Origin: Sedimentisphaerales bacterium | GTDB taxonomy: Bacteria; Planctomycetota; Phycisphaerae; Sedimentisphaerales; Anaerobacaceae | Direction: 5' to 3' | DNA length: 64,000 bases | Assembly (NCBI GenBank): GCA_049513025.1 | Contig: JBEKWM010000002.1 | Coordinates: forward strand, 123,280-187,279 | In this document: one piece after another, positions 27,250 to 35,799 of the stretch | How the letters are laid out: each line of letters begins with the position of its first letter | Position numbering within the stretch: the first letter of the stretch is position 1 | Made by a program: the position numbers and the translations under genes | Notes under the pieces: model-generated | Told to the model about the DNA's origin: nothing | The model's database searches: none | The model's input: the letters and a program-made list of their open reading frames with translations, nothing else

Positions 27250-28011
27250 ATGTTTTTGTTTAAGAAATGGCGGCGCAAGAAAATAGCCGGCAGGGCTTTC
27301 CCGGCGGAGTGGCTGGGCATTATTGAGGCCAATGTCTCAATATATCGCAAACTAACAAGAGCCGACAAAGAGGAACTGCAACGGCACATCCTCATATTCC
27401 TCGCGGAGAAGCATTTCGTCGGCTGCGGAGGTTTGACAATTACCGACGAAATCAGGGTAACGATAGCCGCACAGGCGTGCGTATTACTGCTTCACCGCCA
27501 AACCGATTATTACCCCGGATTGCATTCCATATTGGTTTATCCCGCGGCATACGTGGCTAAAGCCACAAGGCACCTGGCGGGCGGGATTGTGGAGGAAGGA
27601 TTCGACGTGCGATTAGGCGAATCGTGGCATCACGGTTCGGTGGTGCTTTCGTGGGATGACGTTCGGCGTGATTCGGCGGACGTACGCGCGGGGCACAACG
27701 TCGCGCTGCACGAATTTGCGCATCAGCTGGACGCCTCCGCCGGGCAGGGGGACCATAGCGCGGTCCTTCAGCGCCAGTCCACATTTATCGCCTGGGCGAG
27801 GGTGCTGCATAAAAATTACCTGAAGTTACAGCAAGATTTATCCGGCAACAAGCCGACACTGCTGGGTTCTTACGCTGGACAGAATCCGGCGGAGTTTTTC
27901 GCAGTCGCAACCGAATACTTCTTCGAACGGCCAAGGGATTTGCAAAAGACGTATCCCGATTTGTATCGCGAACTGAGTAATTTCTACCACCAAAATCCGG
28001 CAGACCTGTAG
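27250..28011 (+). CDS. M90-family zinc metallopeptidase (MtfA-like)
   Basis: 253 aa. HEFAHQLD zinc motif and MtfA-type layout. Confidence 0.85.
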   Translation: MFLFKKWRRKKIAGRAFPAEWLGIIEANVSIYRKLTRADKEELQRHILIFLAEKHFVGCGGLTITDEIRVTIAAQACVLLLHRQTDYYPGLHSILVYPAAYVAKATRHLAGGIVEEGFDVRLGESWHHGSVVLSWDDVRRDSADVRAGHNVALHEFAHQLDASAGQGDHSAVLQRQSTFIAWARVLHKNYLKLQQDLSGNKPTLLGSYAGQNPAEFFAVATEYFFERPRDLQKTYPDLYRELSNFYHQNPADL

Positions 28012-28031
28012 GGTTAAGCAAAGTTTGTATT

Positions 28032-30122
28032 CTATGGGGAATTGCTATCGGATTTTGTAACCAGTATCCATTCACAGGCGTCGGTATATTTTTTGTCACT
28101 TTTATAGCCGATTACATTTACCTGATTATTCCCCGGCACAAGCCCGACATTTTCCCAGGTAATCTTGTGGATGTCTGAATCCATTTTTTTCTTCGAGAAC
28201 AGTTTGCTGTTAATGTACAGCTCGACTTCGTCGAGATTTGTGTAAACCGCGACCTGCACATTGCTTTGGGTGCGCTGCGTATTGCGTCTGCTGAGGATAT
28301 AAAGGACCGGCTCATCGGACCAGTTTGCCTTATAGAAATAGAAGGCGTCTTTTTTCACCTGGCGGTCATGCGTAACAAGCCCTTTGTGATTAATAAAATC
28401 ACGGTCACCGCGTTTGGCAAACGTCCAACTGAAGTCGAACATGTTCCATACAAACTTGCACCAGATGTCATTTCTGTCTTTTATACTTCTCCAGACATCC
28501 TCGTGGTAAAGACGCTGGTATTGCTCGGGGAAAAACCTGCCGAGGGGATTGGGGCGTTTCGGGTCTTCCTGCTGCTGGCTGATACAACCTTCAGCACCGT
28601 ATTCACTCAGGCCGCCTTTTAGTTCCGGGTGTTCTTTGTGAAGTTTGTCATACCATGTAATGTATTTGTCAACCTTGTCATAGTACCAGCCGAAGTACCA
28701 GTTCCAGGCAGCGACGTCCGTCACGAAATGCCTGTCTGTAACCTGCGTGAAGTCCGCCTGGGTGGTTAAACGACAGGGGTCCAGCTCTTTGGCCGTCTGA
28801 TGCAGCAATTTTACATCTTCGGCGGAGATCGGAATCTCGTTGTACATCCCCCAGAAGAAAATTGAGGGGTGATTGTAGTTTTGTTTGATAAGCTCCGTCA
28901 ATTGCTCTTTGCAGTTTTGAAGATATGCCGGGTTCTCCGCCCGATATGCCGGCGTGTTCGGGATTTCCGCCCAGACAACAAGGCCGCTCTCGTCGCACAT
29001 GCTATACATCTTATCCGCCTGCTGATAATGCGCCAGCCGAATGCCGTTGGCGCCGAGTTCGAGTATTAGTTCAATGTCTTTTTTGTGTTGCTCATCGGTT
29101 AGAGCGGAACCAAGCCCCTGCCACTCCTGATGCCTGCACACACCGTATAAATGATATGGTTTGCCGTTCAGTATCAGGCCCTTGTCCCTGTTAACCTCAA
29201 AGAACCGAAGTCCCATCGGCTGGTCTATTTCGTCTATTTTTACTCCCTGTGGGTCTTCCACGCGGACATTCAGCTTGTATAAGTGCGGGTCTTTTCTGGC
29301 ATTCCAGAGATGCGGATTGCCTATATGAATCTTCGAAACGGTTTTGGCCTGCTGATTGTTCTTTACAATGACTTTCTGGTGATTTTGAGCAATCACATTA
29401 TTATTATCCATCACGGCCGTCTTCAGCATTACTTCGGCGTCGTTGGGATCTTTTGAGGCGGCGCGGTAATCCAGAAGTATCGCCACTTCAATATCTGCTT
29501 GTTTCTGTGAAACGTTCACGGGGCGAATATATACGCCGCTCGAAGCGTAATCGAGCGGTGATATACATAAACAATCCGTGCTGAATACGGTGACAGGACG
29601 GTAAATACCCCCGAACAAAGGATAAAGGTAAGTCCCGGAAGGCGCCACGTCCGGCTGCATCGAATTATCCACCTTGACGGAAATGTTGTTTTTGCGGCCC
29701 GGTTTAACCTGTCGTGTTATTTCGTAGCAAAAAGCGGAAAACCCTCCTTTGTGTCGACCGATGTAAACGCCGTTGACATATACATCAGACACCAGGCATA
29801 CGCCTTCAAAACGAATAAAGTATCGCCTGCTATTTTGCTTCTTTGGCAAATCAAAACTGCTGCGATACCATCCTACCCCCTGATAACAATGGTCTCCCTC
29901 CGTCAGAACATCTTTCGCATTCCAAGTATGAGGTGTAGTTACATCTTCCCATCCTTGTTCCGATATCTTGTCGCCGCTTTCCGCAGAGTGTATGTCACCT
30001 TTATAAAACTTCCAGTTGGTGATATTGAAGCTTTCACGATACCCCAAAAATTCCTGCGAAAAAGCATTCCCAGTTCCAAAGAGAACCGCCAAAACCAAAG
30101 CAATGCAAACTTTGAACCTCAT
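28032..30122 (-). CDS. glycoside hydrolase family 2 (beta-galactosidase/beta-glucuronidase-like), secreted
   Basis: Signal MRFKVCIALVLAVLFGTGNAFSQE. Sugar-binding N-domain. TIM barrel with NHPSIFFWGMYNE (acid/base Glu context). Confidence 0.85.
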   Translation of the reverse strand: MRFKVCIALVLAVLFGTGNAFSQEFLGYRESFNITNWKFYKGDIHSAESGDKISEQGWEDVTTPHTWNAKDVLTEGDHCYQGVGWYRSSFDLPKKQNSRRYFIRFEGVCLVSDVYVNGVYIGRHKGGFSAFCYEITRQVKPGRKNNISVKVDNSMQPDVAPSGTYLYPLFGGIYRPVTVFSTDCLCISPLDYASSGVYIRPVNVSQKQADIEVAILLDYRAASKDPNDAEVMLKTAVMDNNNVIAQNHQKVIVKNNQQAKTVSKIHIGNPHLWNARKDPHLYKLNVRVEDPQGVKIDEIDQPMGLRFFEVNRDKGLILNGKPYHLYGVCRHQEWQGLGSALTDEQHKKDIELILELGANGIRLAHYQQADKMYSMCDESGLVVWAEIPNTPAYRAENPAYLQNCKEQLTELIKQNYNHPSIFFWGMYNEIPISAEDVKLLHQTAKELDPCRLTTQADFTQVTDRHFVTDVAAWNWYFGWYYDKVDKYITWYDKLHKEHPELKGGLSEYGAEGCISQQQEDPKRPNPLGRFFPEQYQRLYHEDVWRSIKDRNDIWCKFVWNMFDFSWTFAKRGDRDFINHKGLVTHDRQVKKDAFYFYKANWSDEPVLYILSRRNTQRTQSNVQVAVYTNLDEVELYINSKLFSKKKMDSDIHKITWENVGLVPGNNQVNVIGYKSDKKYTDACEWILVTKSDSNSP

Positions 30123-30351
30123 TCGCTTAATCCATTATCGCAAAACCATGTTTTAATTGTTCGAGCTTATCGGTCGCACTGTTCATTATTCTGATAAGAT
30201 AATAATATGCAAACATATAAACGTGAAGAGTAAAAGGTGTGGATTTAGGTTGCAAACAGGCCGTTTTTTTATGCGCGGACTTTGCCGGGTTGATTATCGA
30301 CAGCCAATGGCGTATCATTTGAGCAAAGCTGATTATCTGGAGGTGTCAAAT

Positions 30352-31500
30352 ATGAACGGACGGAACGTGTTTTGGTCGGCGATTCTCATCGCGATGATTG
30401 TTATGGGGATTGTTTCAGCGGAAACGAGTAAGGTTGTGCCATTGGAAATCGGGGCGGCTGCGCCGGAGTTCAATCTGCCCGGCGTCGATGGTCAAGAATA
30501 CGGCATAGCGGATTTCGCCGACGCAAAGATTCTCGTGATTGTATTTACCGCAAATCACTGCCCGACGGCGCAGGCATACGAAGGCCGGATTATGCAATTG
30601 GTGACGGATTATAAAAGCAAGGGGGTGGCGGTTGTGGCGATATCGCCAAATGACCCGCAGGCAATCCGGCTGGATGAGCTTGGATATACCGACATGGGCG
30701 ATTCTTTTGAGGAAATGAAGATGCGCGCGGAGGAAAGAAAGTTTAATTTCCCGTATCTTTACGACGGCCAGACGCAGGCGGTATCCCGTGCTTATGGACC
30801 TGTCAGCACACCTCATGTTTTCATATTCGACAAGGAACGCAAACTGCAATACACAGGCGCGGTCGATAATTCGGACGACCCAAGCAAAATAAAGAAGAGC
30901 TTCGCGCGAGACGCGATTGAGGCATTGCTTGAGGGGCGAGAGATTACGATAAAGAAAATGAAGACGTTTGGCTGTTCGATAAAATGGGCGGACAAACGAA
31001 ACTCGGCGCAAAAGGCGCTTGCAGAATGGGCAAAAGAAGCGGTTGAGGTGAATCTTATCGACGCCAACGGCGTGCGCGAGATTATGAAAAATAATTCCGG
31101 CAACCCCGCCACACAAACGGCAGGCAAGCTCCGGCTGGTCAATATATGGGCGACGTGGTGCGGACCCTGTGTAATTGAAATGCCCGAATTAGTCAATATA
31201 AACCGGATGTACCGGGCCAGGGCATTCGAAATGGTAACAATCAGCGGGGATATGCCGAGCAAGAAAGACGATGTTATAAAATTCCTGAAGGATAAGCGGG
31301 TTTCCTGTACTAATTACCAGTTCAACTCGGAGGACAGAACCGAATTAAGTGAGGCACTGGACAAGGGCTGGGAAGGCGGTATCCCTTACACGGTAATTAT
31401 AAAACCGGGCGGTGAGATAATTTATCGGCATTCCGGCCCGATAGAACCCCTTGAAGTTAAAAAGGCAATAATTGGCTACCTGGGCAGATACTACTTCTGA
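30352..31500 (+). CDS. secreted two-domain thioredoxin-fold protein (redoxin-like + TlpA/Trx-like WCGPC)
   Basis: GGAGG (30339-30343) lies 8 nt before ATG 30352, giving a signal/TM helix. N-domain has ANHCPTA (single Cys). C-domain has WATWCGPC. Confidence 0.75.
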   Translation: MNGRNVFWSAILIAMIVMGIVSAETSKVVPLEIGAAAPEFNLPGVDGQEYGIADFADAKILVIVFTANHCPTAQAYEGRIMQLVTDYKSKGVAVVAISPNDPQAIRLDELGYTDMGDSFEEMKMRAEERKFNFPYLYDGQTQAVSRAYGPVSTPHVFIFDKERKLQYTGAVDNSDDPSKIKKSFARDAIEALLEGREITIKKMKTFGCSIKWADKRNSAQKALAEWAKEAVEVNLIDANGVREIMKNNSGNPATQTAGKLRLVNIWATWCGPCVIEMPELVNINRMYRARAFEMVTISGDMPSKKDDVIKFLKDKRVSCTNYQFNSEDRTELSEALDKGWEGGIPYTVIIKPGGEIIYRHSGPIEPLEVKKAIIGYLGRYYF

Positions 31501-31620
31501 TATCGGAATGACAATGTGAGGGGTTTGTGTTTTTGAGGGGGGTATGTTAAATTGTCGAGGCGGAAAGACCCCGCAATAAATTGCGGGGCTAAACATAATT
31601 AGGATGATTGGAGTTACGAC

Positions 31621-33624
31621 TTGGCTGAGACGCTTTTTTACAAGATACTTGGGGCGCACATTGTTGAAGGAAAACTCGCGGCAGGCGAGCAGATTGGGAT
31701 ACGGATTGACCAGACGCTGACGCAGGACGCTACGGGAACAACGGCGTTCTTATTGTTCGAATCGATGGGGGCCGGTCGAGTCAGGACCGATTTGTCGGTC
31801 AGTTACGTGGACCACAATATGTCTCAGTTTGGGCCGGAGAATCATAACGACCATTTGTATTTGCAGACGATAGCGGCCAAGAGCGGGGTTTACCATTCGC
31901 GGGCGGGCAACGGGATTTGTCATCAGGTTCATTTGGAACGGTTCGCAAAGCCGGGCGTGACACTATTGGGAAGCGATTCACATACGCCTACTGCGGGGGG
32001 AATCGGGGCGATAGCGATAGGCGCAGGCGGATTAGACGTTGCGGTGGCGATGGGCGGAGGGTCATTTTACCTGGCTTGCCCAAAAGTCATAGGTGTTAAA
32101 TTGACAGGTCAACTGTCTGACTGGGTGGCGGCGAAAGACGTAATTCTGAAACTGTTGAGCATACTGACGACGAAGGGTAACGTGGGCTGGGGTGTTGAGT
32201 ATTTCGGGTCTGGGGTAACAACGCTGACTGTGCCGCAAAGGGCGACGATTACGAATATGGGTGCGGAACTGGGGGTAACGACGAGCGTTTTCCCCAGTGA
32301 TGAGCAAACCAGAAAATTTCTTGCGGCGCAGAAACGGGAGAAAGATTACAAGCCAATGGCTGCGGACGCCGGTGCGATTTATGACCGGCTGATTGAGATT
32401 GATTTGTCAAAGCTTGAGCCGATGGCGGCGTGCCCGTCGTCGCCTGATAATGTGAAAACAATCACAGAAATCGCCGGAGCACCATCGAAACAAATAGCGA
32501 TAGGAAGCTGCACAAATTCGAGCTACGCGGATTTGATGATGGCTGCGAAGGCGTTAAAAGGCAGAAAGATTGACCCGACGGTGGAGTTCGCGGTTGCGCC
32601 GGGCAGCAGGGAAGTATTGAATATGTTAGCGGCCAACGGCGCGCTTGGGGATATTATTTCAGCAGGGGCGAGGATTCTTGAGAGCGGGTGCGGGCCTTGC
32701 ATAGGGCTTGGTTTTTCGCCTGCGGACGGGGTTGTAAGCTTGCGGACGTTTAACCGGAATTTCGCGGGCAGAAGCGGGACGAAAGACGACAAGGTATTTC
32801 TCGTGAGTCCCGAGACGGCGGTCGCGTCGGCTTTGACGGGAAAGATTACTGACCCGAGAGAAATGAAAAAACTGTTCGGGATAAAGTACCCGAAGATTGA
32901 GCAGCCGGCAGAATTTATTATCAACGATAATATGATTGAGGCGCCTTTGAGTGAGAAAGAGGCGGCTAAGGCGGAGGTTATACGGGGGACGACGATAGTT
33001 GTGCCCGAACAGCCGAAACAGTTGCCGACGGATTTGAAGGCGGAAGTGCTGATAAAGTGCGGCGACAAGATTACGACCGACCACATAATGCCCGCGGGGG
33101 CGTTTTTGAAGCTTCGCAGCAACGTGCCAGAATACGCGAAGGTCGTGTTCCACTGCTTCAATGAAAAAGGCAAGCCAAGTTTCGCTGAACGGGCGATGAA
33201 GGTGAAGAACGAGGGTAAGGGCGGGATTATTGTCGCTGGGGCGAGCTACGGGCAGGGGTCGTCGAGAGAGCACGCTGCACTATGCCCGATGTATCTGGGT
33301 GTGCGGGCAGTTATCGCCAAGAGTATCGAGCGGATTCACAAGGCGAACCTGATAAACTTCTGCGTTGTGCCGATAGAGTTGGCAAACCAGGATGACTGCG
33401 AAAAAATCAGCCAGGGCGACAATCTGCGTATAGACGGCTTGGTCGATGCGATAAAAGGCAAAGATGAAATAAAGATTGTCGAAGAAAAGAGCAGATACGA
33501 AATTATCGGGAAATTAAACCTGTCGGGCAGGGACAGGGAAATTCTACTTTCGGGCGGCCTGCTGAAATATACGCTTGAAAGAGCGAACAAAAAGGCCGGT
33601 AAAGCCGGGAAAGCCAAACGATGA
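31621..33624 (+). CDS. aconitate hydratase (short, ~660-aa type)
   Basis: TTG start with GGAG 8 nt upstream. GSDSHTPTAGG, IGSCTNSSY and SGCGPCIGLG (Fe-S ligand Cys) plus a swivel domain. Confidence 0.85.
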   Translation: MAETLFYKILGAHIVEGKLAAGEQIGIRIDQTLTQDATGTTAFLLFESMGAGRVRTDLSVSYVDHNMSQFGPENHNDHLYLQTIAAKSGVYHSRAGNGICHQVHLERFAKPGVTLLGSDSHTPTAGGIGAIAIGAGGLDVAVAMGGGSFYLACPKVIGVKLTGQLSDWVAAKDVILKLLSILTTKGNVGWGVEYFGSGVTTLTVPQRATITNMGAELGVTTSVFPSDEQTRKFLAAQKREKDYKPMAADAGAIYDRLIEIDLSKLEPMAACPSSPDNVKTITEIAGAPSKQIAIGSCTNSSYADLMMAAKALKGRKIDPTVEFAVAPGSREVLNMLAANGALGDIISAGARILESGCGPCIGLGFSPADGVVSLRTFNRNFAGRSGTKDDKVFLVSPETAVASALTGKITDPREMKKLFGIKYPKIEQPAEFIINDNMIEAPLSEKEAAKAEVIRGTTIVVPEQPKQLPTDLKAEVLIKCGDKITTDHIMPAGAFLKLRSNVPEYAKVVFHCFNEKGKPSFAERAMKVKNEGKGGIIVAGASYGQGSSREHAALCPMYLGVRAVIAKSIERIHKANLINFCVVPIELANQDDCEKISQGDNLRIDGLVDAIKGKDEIKIVEEKSRYEIIGKLNLSGRDREILLSGGLLKYTLERANKKAGKAGKAKR

Positions 33625-34433
33625 GGATAGCGAGATTCATATTGGTCCTGACGATGGTAACGGGAAGTTGGACGTCGCAGGCAGCTGTAAAAACGAACGG
33701 CGACAAATTATTGCCTGATGATTACGTTTTTGCGGGAGTTGACGGCAAACTGATTCAGACGGCCCCCGACAAATGGACGTTTGAATTTGAGTCAGCAGCG
33801 AACATCGGCGGAGTTGAGATAAAAGCAGGGCAGACATTAGAGATGCTCGGCTCGGCGACGCTGGAGAAAATGGCCGCGGACGCGAAGGAGCGAAACGAAG
33901 CGATGTTTCGGATATGGGCGAAAGTAACGCGATTCGAGGGAAAGAATTATTTGTTCACGGTATATTATCTGCCGCTTCGCAAGATAGACAGACCCGCGGA
34001 AGAAAAAGGGCGAAATGAAGCGAATACGGTTACGCAGGCAGTGAATGCTCCGAATGACGTTGTGAATATCCCCGCGGAGATAGTGGCGTTGCTTAGACAA
34101 TCGGAGGTTTTGCCGACGACTGAGGCGCAGGCGACCCGGCAGGAAGAACTGCAGCTGAAACAGGATACTATTTTCGCCAACAGGGCCGGGCGAGTAGCGG
34201 CTAGAAACGGCGATTACGTTTTCGAGGCGGATGCGCTGGGACGCGGAGTCGGGAAATTCACTATAAAGTTGCTGCCCTGCCAGAAACTCGAAGACGCGCT
34301 TTTGCAGGTGCGAAGCGAGTCAAATCCTGTCAGGTTTAACGTGGCGGGGATTTTGACCAGATATAAAGGCGAACAATACCTGCTGCTGCAAAAAGCGACA
34401 AGGATGTATAGTTACGGGAACTTCGGGAGATAG
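33621..34433 (+). CDS. hypothetical secreted protein with internal duplication
   Basis: ATGA overlap with the aconitase stop. Signal MRIARFILVLTMVTGSWTSQAAV. Two halves end in similar blocks (FRIWAKVTRFEGKNYLF / FNVAGILTRYKGEQYLL). Confidence 0.6.
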   Translation: MRIARFILVLTMVTGSWTSQAAVKTNGDKLLPDDYVFAGVDGKLIQTAPDKWTFEFESAANIGGVEIKAGQTLEMLGSATLEKMAADAKERNEAMFRIWAKVTRFEGKNYLFTVYYLPLRKIDRPAEEKGRNEANTVTQAVNAPNDVVNIPAEIVALLRQSEVLPTTEAQATRQEELQLKQDTIFANRAGRVAARNGDYVFEADALGRGVGKFTIKLLPCQKLEDALLQVRSESNPVRFNVAGILTRYKGEQYLLLQKATRMYSYGNFGR

Positions 34434-34435
34434 TT

Positions 34436-34470
34436 TTACCGCGGAGCACGCAGAGACCGCAGAGAAAGAA
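34436..34470 (+). repeat. repeat arm TTTACCGCGGAGCACGCAGAGACCGCAGAGAAAG (CGCAGAG variant)
   Basis: Near reverse-complement of 46799-46830. Confidence 0.75.
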
Positions 34471-34479
34471 TAGAAAGCA

Positions 34480-35793
34480 ATGGCGAATGAGCTTGATAAA
34501 ATTTTGATTAAATACGACCAGCCGGGTTTTAAGGAACGGTCAGCAGAAATACGTGCAGATGTTTTCAGGGCTACCTATTTCAATCCCGGCAGTGAAAAAG
34601 ATGAACAATTAGGTGTCATTCTTGAGGAAGTAAACAAGCGTGGCGATGAGGCAGTGGCCGAATTCACGGAGAAGTTTGACGGCGTTAAACTCACTCCTGA
34701 GCAATTCAGGATATCAGAGGCGGAGCTGAATGATGCCCATAAAATAATCGACAAGAAGCTTTTGAAGTCGATTCGCCAGGCGATAAAGAACGTTAAGGAG
34801 TACCAGTCGAAAATATTCGTCGGCAAAAACAGGGATTTCAAATCGACCGGCATAAAATACACGCCAATAAAACGTGTAGGGATATGCGTGCCGGGGGCGT
34901 CTGCGCCGCTACCATCAACTGTTATTATGACGGCTGTTCCTGCACAGGTGGCGGGAGTGAAAGAAATCGTTGTGGTATCGCCGCCAAGATATAAAGGCAG
35001 TATTCATCCCGTGATATTAGCGACCTGCAAAGAATTAAAGATTAAAGAGGTTTACAGGATAGGCGGGGCACAAGCCGTAATGGCACTGGCGGGGTCAACC
35101 AAAACAATACGAAACGTTGACAAGATTGTCGGGCCGGGGAACGCTTGGGTTCAGAACGCAAAGAAAAAACTTTTGGGGCTTGTTAGCATTGATTCGATGG
35201 CCGGGCCAAGCGAGGTGCTGATAATTGCGAATAATAAAGCCAATCCTGCCTGGGTCGCGGCAGATATGCTGAGCCAAGCGGAGCACAATCCGGGTTCGGC
35301 GGTCTTATGCACGGAGTCCGAGAAACTGGCTCTTGAGGTATTGGCCGAACTCAAACGGCAAGTGGAAAAGTTAGTCAGGTCGAAGGAGACAATCGATTGC
35401 CTGCTTGGATTCAGCGCCATTGTGGTCTTAAAAAATATGGCGGACATAATAGCTTATGCGAACCTTTTTGCTGCGGAGCATTTGCAGATACAATGCGGAA
35501 AACAGAGCAGGCAGATTGCCTCAAGGATACAAAACGCAGGCGCGATATTTATAGGCGACTATTCGCCTGTCGCGGTGGGCGATTACTGGGCGGGGCCAAG
35601 CCATACTTTGCCGACGGGGACAAGTGCAAGGTTTTTCAGCGCGCTGAGCGCAAATGATTTCATAAAATCGACCAGCATAATCGAATACGACAAAAAGAAA
35701 TTAGCGGCGAGCGCAGATGATATAATCCGATTAGCGGAGGCGGAGGGATTAGACGCACACGCGAAAAGCGTTAGGATACGTCAGCAAAGTTAG
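34480..35793 (+). CDS. hisD: histidinol dehydrogenase
   Basis: 437 aa. IDSMAGPSEVLIIA and SQAEHNP blocks. Confidence 0.93.
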   Translation: MANELDKILIKYDQPGFKERSAEIRADVFRATYFNPGSEKDEQLGVILEEVNKRGDEAVAEFTEKFDGVKLTPEQFRISEAELNDAHKIIDKKLLKSIRQAIKNVKEYQSKIFVGKNRDFKSTGIKYTPIKRVGICVPGASAPLPSTVIMTAVPAQVAGVKEIVVVSPPRYKGSIHPVILATCKELKIKEVYRIGGAQAVMALAGSTKTIRNVDKIVGPGNAWVQNAKKKLLGLVSIDSMAGPSEVLIIANNKANPAWVAADMLSQAEHNPGSAVLCTESEKLALEVLAELKRQVEKLVRSKETIDCLLGFSAIVVLKNMADIIAYANLFAAEHLQIQCGKQSRQIASRIQNAGAIFIGDYSPVAVGDYWAGPSHTLPTGTSARFFSALSANDFIKSTSIIEYDKKKLAASADDIIRLAEAEGLDAHAKSVRIRQQS

Positions 35794-35799
35794 GGTTCT